From a virus (Duplodnaviria > Heunggongvirae > Uroviricota > Caudoviricetes): 64,000 bases of DNA. Under the pieces are notes generated by a model that was not told the DNA's origin, did no database searches, and saw nothing but the letters and a program-made list of their open reading frames with translations. Made by a program: the position numbers and the translations under genes. The stretch lies in IMG/VR virus record IMGVR_UViG_3300041407_000052, positions 28,348 to 92,347 of that record, one strand, 5' to 3'. Each line of letters starts with the position of its first letter. Within the stretch, counting starts at the first letter, position 1. Positions 1 to 9,151 of the stretch are shown piece by piece.

Positions 1-23
1 AAGTTTAGAGAATGGTCAAGCTT

Positions 24-278
24 TTATTCGAGGATATCGCTGTAATCATAAGCCAGATATAACCACAGTTTATCTTGTTCAACATCCTCAAGCTCAGGAT
101 TATTAAATAGTCCGTCGAATTTGTCAACCAAATCAGACGCCTCATGACCTTGTAAGAACACCTCAGAACCACTATCGTCAGTAATCTTAACCCATTCCTG
201 AGAACGATTAACCTCGACAATGATACCAGAAAGCTCAGCAAGTAAAGCAGTGTCAAGAACTAATTGTTTAAGTTTCAT
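24..278 (-). CDS. hypothetical protein (84 aa)
   Basis: ORF track; fits minus-strand gene array; alternative frame 5..256 is low-complexity. Confidence 0.45.
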   Translation of the reverse strand: MKLKQLVLDTALLAELSGIIVEVNRSQEWVKITDDSGSEVFLQGHEASDLVDKFDGLFNNPELEDVEQDKLWLYLAYDYSDILE

Positions 279-920
279 TTTCCGATTCCTTAAGCTTGTT
301 TGCTTTCGATAAGGTGAAGTCTACAGCATTTAGAAAAGGCGTCAACACCTTATTTCAAATTCTTTTCACACTGCAATATAAGGAGACGGGCGCGTGCGAA
401 TAGCACACTTTTCAAAAGCTGTCAAGGTTAAAAGATTTAGAGAAAGCGCTTGTATTGTTTTGCAGCTGGTATATAATCATACACAGCAGGCAACGCAGAC
501 GAAGGAACGTCGAGCACTGGAGACAAACAGGGAGAGTGGGTGTCATTCTACGAATGCAAATGATTATCAACACGCATTAAAATAAATGTTGTATTTGTGC
601 TAACCTCACTGTAGTATTCAATTGTCGTCGGGATTCCGAAGGCCGAAGTGTGGGTGATACAAACGCAACCTGTTTTTAGAATAGGAATGAGAAACATTCA
701 AGATTCTAAATGCGAATCCGTCTCACTCCCTATCTCATATGAGAATGATTATCATTCCATGTCGTTTCCAATTCAAATTTCCTGCCAGTGAATTTCTGAA
801 AATACCCAAATCGAAAACTACTTTCCCAGTATTGAAAAAGGCACCCCGTGGGAATTTTGGAGTAAAAATTGAAACTCCAAATACTCCATCAAATCCAAAA
901 CTTGGTTTACAAATTGAAGA

Positions 921-950
921 CGAAAGAAAACCCGCTCAATGGCGGGCTCT
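921..950 (-). terminator. rho-independent terminator (CCCGC-TCAATG-GCGGG hairpin, T-tract on minus strand)
   Basis: GC stem 931-946 followed on minus strand by TTTTCTTTCG; downstream of small gene 965..1114. Confidence 0.55.
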
Positions 951-964
951 TTAGTTATTATCTT

Positions 965-1114
965 TTACTCTTCTTCACCAATTGCTTTAACTTGCCGACC
1001 AACCTTGCGATCATCACGGCGTTGTTGATCACGCTTCTTACCAGTGTTCAACTGTTCCTCTTGCTTCCAGTCCAACTTACGACGAGTGTTTGGGAAGCGA
1101 GTTACATTGTTCAT
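965..1114 (-). CDS. small basic protein (49 aa, K/R-rich)
   Basis: ATG with AAGGAAAT RBS; in-frame translation MNNVTRFPNTRRKLDWKQEEQ...; followed by terminator; below 60-aa track cutoff. Confidence 0.35.
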   Translation of the reverse strand: MNNVTRFPNTRRKLDWKQEEQLNTGKKRDQQRRDDRKVGRQVKAIGEEE

Positions 1115-1167
1115 TCTATTTCCTTACTGATACTTTATTTGATGTGGTTATAATACAATGGTATTAC

Positions 1168-1422
1168 TTAGTTTGCAACTAGCTGTTCAACTTTATCTTT
1201 AACATCGATTTGAATAATAGATTCAATTTGATCAACACCAAGGTGAAGAATCTTCATGTTCTCAGATGCTGAAACCTTCCACTCTACACTGGTAATCTCT
1301 CCACCACTGGACTTAATGTTCATCTTATCAAACCACGACTCAACGACATACCCGCTCTTGTAAGAGATGCGGACCTTGTAGATTAAGTTGCTTTCATTGT
1401 TAGTAATTACTGCTTCACTCAT
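1168..1422 (-). CDS. hypothetical protein (84 aa)
   Basis: track ORF 1168..1476 trimmed to internal ATG (MSEAVITNN...) preceded by AAAGGAGTG RBS. Confidence 0.45.
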   Translation of the reverse strand: MSEAVITNNESNLIYKVRISYKSGYVVESWFDKMNIKSSGGEITSVEWKVSASENMKILHLGVDQIESIIQIDVKDKVEQLVAN

Positions 1423-1738
1423 ACTTAAACACTCCTTTAAACTTAGACGGTATTGCTTCTTCCAATGTACTAGCAACGTCAGTACAAGCCTGATGCTCTG
1501 GTTTATTGCTGGACAACATGGACATACGCTTGTTCAAATAGTCAATGTAGTCTTTGTCCACTTCACCAGTCAAAAACCTAAGCTCATCAAGTTCACACGC
1601 ATACTCCATCCAGTAGAAGAACTTTTCATTGTCAGCATACTCTTTGAAATCAGGGTAAAGACTCTCAATGATATCCAGTACGGTATCAATTGTATCAGCT
1701 GTCATTTCGCTCACCATCATAAATTGTGCATTGGTCAT
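1415..1738 (-). CDS. hypothetical protein (107 aa)
   Basis: ORF track; 8-nt overlap with downstream gene. Confidence 0.5.
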   Translation of the reverse strand: MTNAQFMMVSEMTADTIDTVLDIIESLYPDFKEYADNEKFFYWMEYACELDELRFLTGEVDKDYIDYLNKRMSMLSSNKPEHQACTDVASTLEEAIPSKFKGVFKYE

Positions 1739-1865
1739 AGTCGATCACTTGCCCACCAAGTTTCAACTTCACTTCGAGTTGTGGGTAACTGTAGTAGTTT
1801 TGATCACGACTGATATGAATTGTTAGATTCTCACGTAGGAACGCCAACAGTTCTTCACTGTCCAT
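1695..1865 (-). CDS. small ORF (56 aa)
   Basis: ATG overlaps stop of 1855..2163 (ATGGACAGTGA); ends by TGA overlapping next gene; not in track. Confidence 0.3.
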   Translation of the reverse strand: MDSEELLAFLRENLTIHISRDQNYYSYPQLEVKLKLGGQVIDYDQCTIYDGERNDS

Positions 1866-2163
1866 CTTGCATTCCCTTCAATACATGCAACAGGTTAACG
1901 TGAACTTCCCATAGGATAGCACTCTTACCAAGTACAAAGTCAGCAATATCATCATTCAAATCACGAATCTCTAGATCATGACGTGCTATCATCTCCATGT
2001 ACGAACGACGTTCCAGCTCAATCCAACTGCGGAAGTCATCAAGTGTATTTACACCAGCGTGACGAGCAAATACATCTAGTGGTTGCTCACACTTGAGTCG
2101 ATCAGTAATTGTAGCAAAACCTTTAGCTTCAAGCTGTTCATCTAATGTCATTTCTGCACCCAA
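1855..2163 (-). CDS. hypothetical protein (102 aa)
   Basis: ORF track. Confidence 0.5.
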   Translation of the reverse strand: MGAEMTLDEQLEAKGFATITDRLKCEQPLDVFARHAGVNTLDDFRSWIELERRSYMEMIARHDLEIRDLNDDIADFVLGKSAILWEVHVNLLHVLKGMQDGQ

Positions 2164-2290
2164 TGGAATCCAAGAAGTTCGATAAGACTACCTGAACGAC
2201 GATACAATGTAAAGCCGAACAATGTCAGTTCCTCAACCCAACCAATACGGCTCCATTCCAACCAAAGAAACTTCCATTCATTCTTTTGTT

Positions 2291-2692
2291 TCACGCTACA
2301 CGCTCCAAGTTACCCACAATACGTACAACTCCACCGAAGTCGATGAAGCCTTTACCCACGCCTACCAAAACACCGCTGTTAAGCTCTTGTCTGTTGATTG
2401 TACGGGTTTCATGACTATCATTACACCGATACACAGCACCAAGGTAGTCAACCTCCCTGAAGCGATTATGGAGCCTTGTACACCATGTGTGATACATACT
2501 GTCTTGTGAGAAACCCCACAGACGTTGCAGCTCGAACTCAGCTTGTCGAACAAGTGCCAATGTGTTATATCTGTCTTCAGAACAATCGGCATTCTCAATC
2601 AGGTATTCAAGTTGTTCATGAATCGAATTGATGAGCAGCACATTGCTCTCACTCACTCCCATTTCTTTAACCAGTTGTGGATTTGCAGCCAT
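2291..2692 (-). CDS. hypothetical protein (133 aa)
   Basis: ORF track. Confidence 0.5.
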   Translation of the reverse strand: MAANPQLVKEMGVSESNVLLINSIHEQLEYLIENADCSEDRYNTLALVRQAEFELQRLWGFSQDSMYHTWCTRLHNRFREVDYLGAVYRCNDSHETRTINRQELNSGVLVGVGKGFIDFGGVVRIVGNLERVA

Positions 2693-2693
2693 A

Positions 2694-3095
2694 TTACTGT
2701 ACCTCTACGTATTTGTATACTGCATAGTTGAGAAGTGTACCGTCATCAACCGATTTTATCGAAGTTTGACTACGCAGATAAGCGTCAATAATCCAACCTT
2801 CCTCTTGACAATTGTCAACCAACCACTGCTCAAAATTCAATTCACCAAATCGTTTATGTGGGCACACAACACTACGAGATTCACGTACACGCTGTTTACC
2901 AACCTTATCTAGTCCCTTTACTGTCGCATGAATTCCGTTGACCTGAAGACTAGTGATTGCTTCAGCAAACTGTTTAGCTGTCAGCTTCAACTCACAGAAG
3001 TTTGTATGACTAGTTTCACAACCAATACGAATGTAGTAGTTCCCATCACTACCACGAGTGATACCCAGCTCCGCTTTGATTATTTTAGCAGACAT
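2694..3095 (-). CDS. hypothetical protein (133 aa)
   Basis: ORF track. Confidence 0.5.
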   Translation of the reverse strand: MSAKIIKAELGITRGSDGNYYIRIGCETSHTNFCELKLTAKQFAEAITSLQVNGIHATVKGLDKVGKQRVRESRSVVCPHKRFGELNFEQWLVDNCQEEGWIIDAYLRSQTSIKSVDDGTLLNYAVYKYVEVQ

Positions 3096-3280
3096 TGATT
3101 TGTCCCCAACTTACGTTTGATGTCGGATAGCGCTGCGATATATGCAACTTCATCTTGAGTCAGTACACCAGAAGCGTTAACAGCTTCATCCAACCAGATG
3201 TTAAAGTGTTCATTCAATGCTGTCAATCCAAGATTTAGAGCATACTTACATGTGATGATTGCTTCTTCCATCGGTGTCAT
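3080..3280 (-). CDS. hypothetical protein (66 aa)
   Basis: ORF track; coupled to neighbours. Confidence 0.4.
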   Translation of the reverse strand: MTPMEEAIITCKYALNLGLTALNEHFNIWLDEAVNASGVLTQDEVAYIAALSDIKRKLGTNQCLLK

Positions 3281-3714
3281 TTCTTTTTCCTCTTGAATTT
3301 GAGCTTGATAGTATCCCAGATTGTACGGGATTGCAAAAGGTTTATTTCATGCGTGAGATTATCAATACGGATTCGATAACTATCTCTGACATCATACACT
3401 TCAGAGTTGATCATAGATTGTACAATATCCCGCAGCGTTGGGTCAAGTGCAATAAAGAACTCACGACCATCGAATACCCAACGTTCAATAGGTAGGTGAT
3501 GAACGGTACTCACATCGTCCTTCTCAAAGATGTCACATGAGTTGTAAGCTCGTATAGGTTGCCGTACATGGTAAGGGGTGAATCCACTATAAACACGTAC
3601 CTTCCGTTGATCAGCTGAATATAGTGTAGCTGTTCTCACACCATGCCCACCGTGAAAGGGAACCACTGGTAAGCACCGTACCAGAACAGACCCATAATAA
3701 CCAACAGGAACCAT
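3277..3714 (-). CDS. hypothetical protein (145 aa; N-terminal extent uncertain)
   Basis: ORF track; 5' end overlaps 62-aa membrane ORF. Confidence 0.4.
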   Translation of the reverse strand: MVPVGYYGSVLVRCLPVVPFHGGHGVRTATLYSADQRKVRVYSGFTPYHVRQPIRAYNSCDIFEKDDVSTVHHLPIERWVFDGREFFIALDPTLRDIVQSMINSEVYDVRDSYRIRIDNLTHEINLLQSRTIWDTIKLKFKRKKK

Positions 3715-3824
3715 TTCTCAGCAGGGTGACTTTCACCGCCAAACGGGTTAACCGCTACAACAACAGTGATCAACGTAACCCAAAAGGTCAGGATCATATA
3801 CACGATGTACCCGAAAATAACCAT
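3636..3824 (-). CDS. small membrane protein (62 aa, two predicted TM helices)
   Basis: hydrophobic stretches FGYIVYMILTFWVTLITVVVAV and WFLLVIMGLFWYGAY; TAATG coupling to upstream ORF. Confidence 0.4.
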   Translation of the reverse strand: MVIFGYIVYMILTFWVTLITVVVAVNPFGGESHPAEKWFLLVIMGLFWYGAYQWFPFTVGMV

Positions 3825-3964
3825 TACTCTTGATCCTCCTCTGCATTTAATTCTTCTTCGAGTTCCTGTTGGAACAGGTCGTCAAGGTCTTTGTCTCGTT
3901 TGTCAGGAACAACACTGGCACGGTTGAAGCTGTTCATGTGCTTTGCTACATAGTTGTGTTTCAT
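3824..3964 (-). CDS. small acidic protein (46 aa)
   Basis: ATGA overlap with stop of 3961..4179 and TAATG overlap with 3636..3824; not in track. Confidence 0.35.
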   Translation of the reverse strand: MKHNYVAKHMNSFNRASVVPDKRDKDLDDLFQQELEEELNAEEDQE

Positions 3965-4179
3965 CCGAAGAACTCCTTCATCATTTCATCGTCGCCTTGT
4001 TTGTTCCAACGAGTGTACTCTTCAGTGAGTAATCCACTCAGGTTTTCAGAAGTGTAACCATGTTCAAATAATCGATCAAGCACCTTGTGAACGCAATTGG
4101 CTGCAATCTCCCATTCGTCATCGTCTAGATGGTCAATGTCCTTGAGTACAGCGTGAGCAAGCAGAGTGATTTTGTTCAT
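3961..4179 (-). CDS. hypothetical protein (72 aa)
   Basis: ORF track; 4-nt overlaps with neighbours. Confidence 0.5.
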   Translation of the reverse strand: MNKITLLAHAVLKDIDHLDDDEWEIAANCVHKVLDRLFEHGYTSENLSGLLTEEYTRWNKQGDDEMMKEFFG

Positions 4180-4394
4180 TTCAAACTCTCAGCAAAGTCA
4201 AGTGATGCACGAGCTGCATTCGCCATTTTGATGAACTCAGTAGCCAATTGATGGTCGCGAGCATTATGATACGGTTGTGGATCAAAGGAACCAGCAGCAC
4301 GTAACGTTCGTTCAAGACTACCAACTGTACGCTTCAGGTCTTCAATAATCACGTCTTTCGGGTCAACACCGATGAAACCAATCATTGCCCACAC
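4176..4394 (-). CDS. hypothetical protein (72 aa)
   Basis: ORF track. Confidence 0.5.
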   Translation of the reverse strand: MWAMIGFIGVDPKDVIIEDLKRTVGSLERTLRAAGSFDPQPYHNARDHQLATEFIKMANAARASLDFAESLK

Positions 4395-4630
4395 TCCAGT
4401 TCAGCAATACGTTCATTCTGCTCAGTGAAATGCTTGTGTAGTCGGTCGAACAGAGCGTCGAGGTTAGTGAACTCAACACCATTCATGGTGATCCGAAAGT
4501 CGATAGCTCGGTCATCCCAACCGGGAGTATCAATCATCTTTTGGAACTTTTCAGACATAGTACCATCACTACCAGCTACCACACAAGCAACCCATTTACG
4601 AGTGTCATCTTGTTGCATATTGAGGATCAT
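4382..4630 (-). CDS. hypothetical protein (82 aa)
   Basis: ORF track. Confidence 0.5.
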   Translation of the reverse strand: MILNMQQDDTRKWVACVVAGSDGTMSEKFQKMIDTPGWDDRAIDFRITMNGVEFTNLDALFDRLHKHFTEQNERIAELECGQ

Positions 4631-4821
4631 TTCTTATCTCCCGGTTGAATACCACGTTTCTCAAAGTCACGAAGGTTGCTCAGAAAGCCTTCCGCTTCGT
4701 ATTTGAGGCGACTTGAGTATAAGTATTTACCGACTGATCCGTCAACATCTTTCATGTCCTCAACGTACCAGCAAGGTTTCCCTTTGCGACCACGGTTGGT
4801 CATCTGATAGCGACTTTTCAT
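4627..4821 (-). CDS. hypothetical protein (64 aa)
   Basis: ORF track. Confidence 0.45.
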   Translation of the reverse strand: MKSRYQMTNRGRKGKPCWYVEDMKDVDGSVGKYLYSSRLKYEAEGFLSNLRDFEKRGIQPGDKK

Positions 4822-5013
4822 TTACGTCTCCAACTGGGTGCGTTGACAGGTATGTACAGGACACATCACAACAGGCCAGTGCTCCTCAGAGTGCTTGACC
4901 TTTCGGGTAGCTGTTACCAGATGGTAGAACTCACCATGCTTACCAGCCACTTCACGACATACTGGACCATCCCAGACCCATCCATTTTCATATCCACAGA
5001 AAGCACATTTCAT
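4822..5013 (-). CDS. small Cys-rich (zinc-ribbon-like) protein (63 aa)
   Basis: CxxC...CxxxxC pattern (CAFCGY...CPVHTC). Confidence 0.45.
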   Translation of the reverse strand: MKCAFCGYENGWVWDGPVCREVAGKHGEFYHLVTATRKVKHSEEHWPVVMCPVHTCQRTQLET

Positions 5014-5122
5014 TGTGTTTCTCCTCTCGATGTGGTCATTCTATCAGAGCACACCACCTTGTCAACCACTTTTCTACAGACGAAGAAAAGCCCCGACATG
5101 CGGGGCCATCTTACACTCAGTA

Positions 5123-5401
5123 TCACACGGACAAGGTTAGACGCCAGAGCTTATCGCCTATCAGATCGCTGTACTTGTCGTCAATCTCATCGTATAAATC
5201 TTGTGGTAAGATCGTCCACCTGTCTGCAACCAAAGCACGAGCGTAAATCACTTGCCATTCAACGTCTGTAAACCCTTGAACCTTTTCATCATTGTCAACC
5301 TTGAAAGTGGTTTGTCGTTCCACTCCCAAGACAACGGTGAATGGTGTAGGAATGAAGCTTGCTTCCACGTCTGTCAGCTCGACTTCATACGCTTCGTTCA
5401 T
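5123..5401 (-). CDS. hypothetical protein (92 aa)
   Basis: ORF track. Confidence 0.5.
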   Translation of the reverse strand: MNEAYEVELTDVEASFIPTPFTVVLGVERQTTFKVDNDEKVQGFTDVEWQVIYARALVADRWTILPQDLYDEIDDKYSDLIGDKLWRLTLSV

Positions 5402-5417
5402 GTAATACTCCTATTTA

Positions 5418-5630
5418 TTAGTTGGCCCTACGAATGGTTTTAAACGCTTCTGTGAGCGTTTCTTTGGTGCGTTCTTTCCCGTCCATCCGTAGTACGCGGT
5501 ATTTTCCACGTCCCATCTTCAGGATCATTCCAAGCAGTTGTTCCCCGTCCGCTGTGTACACGTGACGAATGTCACTACCCACAACCGCACTGACTCGACT
5601 CACCACCTTGTTTTTACTCATGTTATTCAC
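5418..5630 (-). CDS. hypothetical protein (70 aa)
   Basis: ORF track. Confidence 0.45.
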   Translation of the reverse strand: MNNMSKNKVVSRVSAVVGSDIRHVYTADGEQLLGMILKMGRGKYRVLRMDGKERTKETLTEAFKTIRRAN

Positions 5631-5772
5631 CTAGAAAACTGGATTGTAAGAAATTACGCTTTCGCAATTACTCGTCAGCTTGGCTTCTTTGCCTTCCCCC
5701 TTCCGTGTGATTCCAATAATAGGTGAGATACCTTGGGTTGTCTACTACCGTTCGTCGTCAAATTACAGGTAT

Positions 5773-5794
5773 GAAAAAGCCCGCCGAAGCGGGC
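5773..5794 (-). terminator. rho-independent terminator (GCCCGC-CGAA-GCGGGC, TTTTT on minus strand)
   Basis: perfect 6-bp GC stem with CGAA tetraloop immediately 3' of nrdA stop, followed by T5. Confidence 0.65.
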
Positions 5795-5801
5795 CATTCA
5801 T

Positions 5802-7535
5802 TTAAGCAGCACAGGAAATACACTCATCCTTGACAACAACACCAGAACGTGAATAAATATAGTACTGACTGATTACGTTGTCATCCAACAACAGCTTGGT
5901 AAGCAGCGTAGCAATCAGATCTTCACTACCATCTTCTGGTACGTAGAAATTCAAACTCTGTCCTTGACAAGTGTGAGGTTGTCGTTGACTAGCATGACGT
6001 AGAAGAATCTCTTGGTCCATTTCAAAAGCATTGAGATACACCAGTTTCTCTTCATCAGTTGCCCAATCGACATGTTGAATAGAACCGAGGTTGTCAATGA
6101 TATCTTTAACGACTTCCTCAGTGTAGACACCTTTGTCTTTCATGAACTGGTAGAATACAGGTGGAATACGACGTAGCTCACCAACACTTGAGCCAGCATC
6201 AAAGATCATACCCGGATCAGGGAACCATGATTCACTCACACCACCCATCAACAAACTGGATGTCTTGGTTGGAGCGTAAGCTGTACGGTGAGTATTGCGA
6301 ACACCGTAGCCTTCACACCACATTGGACTACCATACTCTTGAGCCAACCATTTGCTAGCACGAAGTGATTCGTCATTCAAGTGTTTAGCAATACGAGTAC
6401 TCAGAAACTGAGCTTCAAGACCAATGTATGGAATTTTATTGGTTTGGAGATATGTATGGAATCCCATCACACCCAACCCAATTGCACGACCACGAATGGT
6501 GAACTCTCTTACCTTTTCAAGTCCAACAATTCCAGCTGACTTCTCAATGAACTCTGAGCACAGACAGTCTAGGAATACAGTACCAATGAACACAGACTCA
6601 CGTTGTGGCATCGTATCCCAATGAACCAAGTTCATTGAAGCCAGAATACACGAGTAAGTCAACATCTCAGAACTGTGAAGCATAATCTCTGTACAAAGGT
6701 TGGAAGCCTCAATGAACAGGTTCCAATCAACGTACATTTGAGGACGATGACGGTTAGCACAGTCAACCTTAAAGATGTAACCTTTACCAGTGATCAGCTT
6801 GGTGTAGACAGCTTTGATCCAACGACGGTTAGCTTCAGGATCATTAGTTTTCAGCTTTTCAATGAAGGTATCTTTGATGATCCAACCATAGTTTTTACCG
6901 TTATGATCATGTGCAAGTGAATCGCAAGCTTCATCCCAATCACCATGTTCGATGTCCAGATAAGCACCGATGGAACCACGACGTGCACCACCTTGACTGA
7001 CCTTGGACACAGTGTTGAAATAGTCGTTGATTACTTCAACCGCACCGTTCGCCTTACCACCTGTGGAAATAGGTGCACCACGAGGACGAATATGGCTGAA
7101 GTTAGCACTTGTACCGAAACCTTGCTTAGACAGCAAGGCTGTCTCTTTCATCCCATCGTAGAACTCTTCAACGCTGTCACCAACCACTTGGCCGGAACAA
7201 GCAACCATCATGCCACGTGTGGTGCCTGTGTTGGCCAATGCAGGTGAAGATGGCGACAGAACACCATCCCAAAGCTCTGTGAAGAACTTCTCTTCCCATT
7301 CAACTTCACGACCTTTCATATGTTTGGCAAGTGTGTTAGCGATCTTACGATGACGACCGTATACAGCAGCTTCACCGGGATAAGCATACTTCTCTTTGAA
7401 CATCTGCCAACCTTGAGTGCTGTACCAGTCAGGTAGGAATCCTTTAGCTTGCAGCTCTTTACGTTCTTTGCTCAGTTGTTCAAACTTCTGCAACTCTTCT
7501 TCTTGCATCTCACCAACGTTATCTTCAATCAACAT
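5802..7535 (-). CDS. nrdA: class I ribonucleotide reductase large (alpha) subunit, no ATP-cone
   Basis: NLCTEI active-site motif, C-terminal CxxC (CISCAA), 577 aa without N-terminal ATP cone; adjacent to beta subunit. Confidence 0.85.
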   Translation of the reverse strand: MLIEDNVGEMQEEELQKFEQLSKERKELQAKGFLPDWYSTQGWQMFKEKYAYPGEAAVYGRHRKIANTLAKHMKGREVEWEEKFFTELWDGVLSPSSPALANTGTTRGMMVACSGQVVGDSVEEFYDGMKETALLSKQGFGTSANFSHIRPRGAPISTGGKANGAVEVINDYFNTVSKVSQGGARRGSIGAYLDIEHGDWDEACDSLAHDHNGKNYGWIIKDTFIEKLKTNDPEANRRWIKAVYTKLITGKGYIFKVDCANRHRPQMYVDWNLFIEASNLCTEIMLHSSEMLTYSCILASMNLVHWDTMPQRESVFIGTVFLDCLCSEFIEKSAGIVGLEKVREFTIRGRAIGLGVMGFHTYLQTNKIPYIGLEAQFLSTRIAKHLNDESLRASKWLAQEYGSPMWCEGYGVRNTHRTAYAPTKTSSLLMGGVSESWFPDPGMIFDAGSSVGELRRIPPVFYQFMKDKGVYTEEVVKDIIDNLGSIQHVDWATDEEKLVYLNAFEMDQEILLRHASQRQPHTCQGQSLNFYVPEDGSEDLIATLLTKLLLDDNVISQYYIYSRSGVVVKDECISCAA

Positions 7536-8548
7536 TAAACCAACTCCCTTTTAAATCCTAGCTTGTGTTTAGACCAATTACGTGTGTACTGGAGTTGTGT
7601 TGCTGCAAAGAAATCTGGAACTTTAACGGTAGACAATTGCTGGTAGAACCAACCACTGATTACACCTTGTTTAGCACGCTTGAACATTGGTGGACGACCT
7701 AGACGATTACGAACAATGTCCAGACGATCTTCAAGGAACTCAATACACTCTTGTTTCTTGACAACACGGTTCACACCAACTTCAAACATCTTATCGATGA
7801 TCAACAGTTCATGGTTGTACACATCCATTGTGATCTTATCGATCTTGGTATTCAAGATGTTGTCACGGCGTGTGCTGTGATTACCAAGTTCCTTACGCTC
7901 AGACTTACACTGATTAAACAAGTTAGCAGATGCAATGGAGTGGAAGTTTTCATCCTTCGTACTACCATCAATACCACTGACAAAGTGCGGAATCAGGTTG
8001 TAACCACGACTGTTGAACCCTTTGAAGTAACCAAAGATAGAGAACAGAATTGCGCCTTCAAGGAAAGCAAGTGCAGCAGTTACCTCAAGTGCATCATTAC
8101 TACCAGCACACTCACTGATAAACGCCATACGTTCAGCAAGGATTGGATCTAGTTTCCAACTGGTGTAAAACTCATCAGTTGCTTTACCCAGAATCTCGTT
8201 ACCAAGTGCGTAAAATGGAGCATGACTACCAAGCTCTACGTTTGAGAAACAAGCAGCCATCCGTTGAATCTCTGGACGTGGGAACATCCGTGCAATCTTA
8301 CCACCCCACAGTTCATCACCACCAATCATCAACTCATATTGAGTCAGGATTGACTGTGCTGTCAAAATACCGTGAAGTTCACCTTCAGTAAGATTAGTTC
8401 GAAAGTCTTGTTCATCATCCTCTACACCCAATTCTTCAGCGGGCCAGAATAATGACTGTTGTTGAATTGCCATTTGCGTAGCCCAAGGATAATGAGCTAC
8501 ATACGAATCTGTTGGTGTTTCAATTTGACTGAGATACTTCACACTCAT
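7535..8548 (-). CDS. nrdB: class I ribonucleotide reductase small (beta) subunit
   Basis: ferritin-like ExxH motifs (ELGSHAPFY, DENFHS), 337 aa, start overlaps nrdA-upstream position (ATGA). Confidence 0.8.
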   Translation of the reverse strand: MSVKYLSQIETPTDSYVAHYPWATQMAIQQQSLFWPAEELGVEDDEQDFRTNLTEGELHGILTAQSILTQYELMIGGDELWGGKIARMFPRPEIQRMAACFSNVELGSHAPFYALGNEILGKATDEFYTSWKLDPILAERMAFISECAGSNDALEVTAALAFLEGAILFSIFGYFKGFNSRGYNLIPHFVSGIDGSTKDENFHSIASANLFNQCKSERKELGNHSTRRDNILNTKIDKITMDVYNHELLIIDKMFEVGVNRVVKKQECIEFLEDRLDIVRNRLGRPPMFKRAKQGVISGWFYQQLSTVKVPDFFAATQLQYTRNWSKHKLGFKRELV

Positions 8549-8982
8549 ACTTCTAATTCCTTACATTTAATATCTGCGACGACCGCGTACTTGGCGGCCT
8601 GTTCCATCATTACTTCATTCAATGCACTGTCTTCATTCAGACACTGACGCATACCAGTCGCTCTCAGGCTGTTGTGGGTGTTTCGCACAATATCTGAGGT
8701 AGCCATCATGTTATCAACCCACCACTTGTCAGTACGCTCCAAGAAGCCTACACGGACACCATATTCAACCTTGTTGGAAGTACGGGCACGGTGTAGACAA
8801 ACTCGGAAGTCATAACCATGCGACAAGTCTGCGCCCATATCATGTAGAATTTGTTCAAATGCTTTTTGATCTTGACCAATCCATGCCTTTTTCCATAGCG
8901 GGTGAAGTTCCATGTCCAACTGACCAAGGTACTGATCGAAATCATGTGGTTGGTCAAACTTCTCTACTGCTAATTCACTCAT
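8545..8982 (-). CDS. hypothetical protein (145 aa) in nucleotide-metabolism cluster
   Basis: ORF track; coupled to nrdB. Confidence 0.5.
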   Translation of the reverse strand: MSELAVEKFDQPHDFDQYLGQLDMELHPLWKKAWIGQDQKAFEQILHDMGADLSHGYDFRVCLHRARTSNKVEYGVRVGFLERTDKWWVDNMMATSDIVRNTHNSLRATGMRQCLNEDSALNEVMMEQAAKYAVVADIKCKELEV

Positions 8983-9149
8983 CGAACTGCCTCCATTGCA
9001 CAGTCGTCAACATCATTGTAAACGTCTTTGTAGTTTAATTGTTTTTCAAACTCTTCAATTTGTTTATCAGTGAAACCACGCTCACTAAGTTTGTAATAGA
9101 ACTCGTTCCACGCATCTTCTACTGCTGAAATTACGGTTGTATATTCCAT
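8979..9149 (-). CDS. small ORF (56 aa)
   Basis: AAGAAGGGG RBS, ATG at 9149, TGA overlaps ATG of 8545..8982; not in track. Confidence 0.4.
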   Translation of the reverse strand: MEYTTVISAVEDAWNEFYYKLSERGFTDKQIEEFEKQLNYKDVYNDVDDCAMEAVR

Positions 9150-9151
9150 GA

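Noticed and set aside
5-256. Alternative-frame ORFs 5..256(-), 14340..14543(-), 29475..29681(-), 10510..10752(-) and 8748..8957(-)
   Set aside because: They overlap better-supported same-strand ORFs in another frame and have biased, hydrophobic or low-complexity composition typical of off-frame translation.
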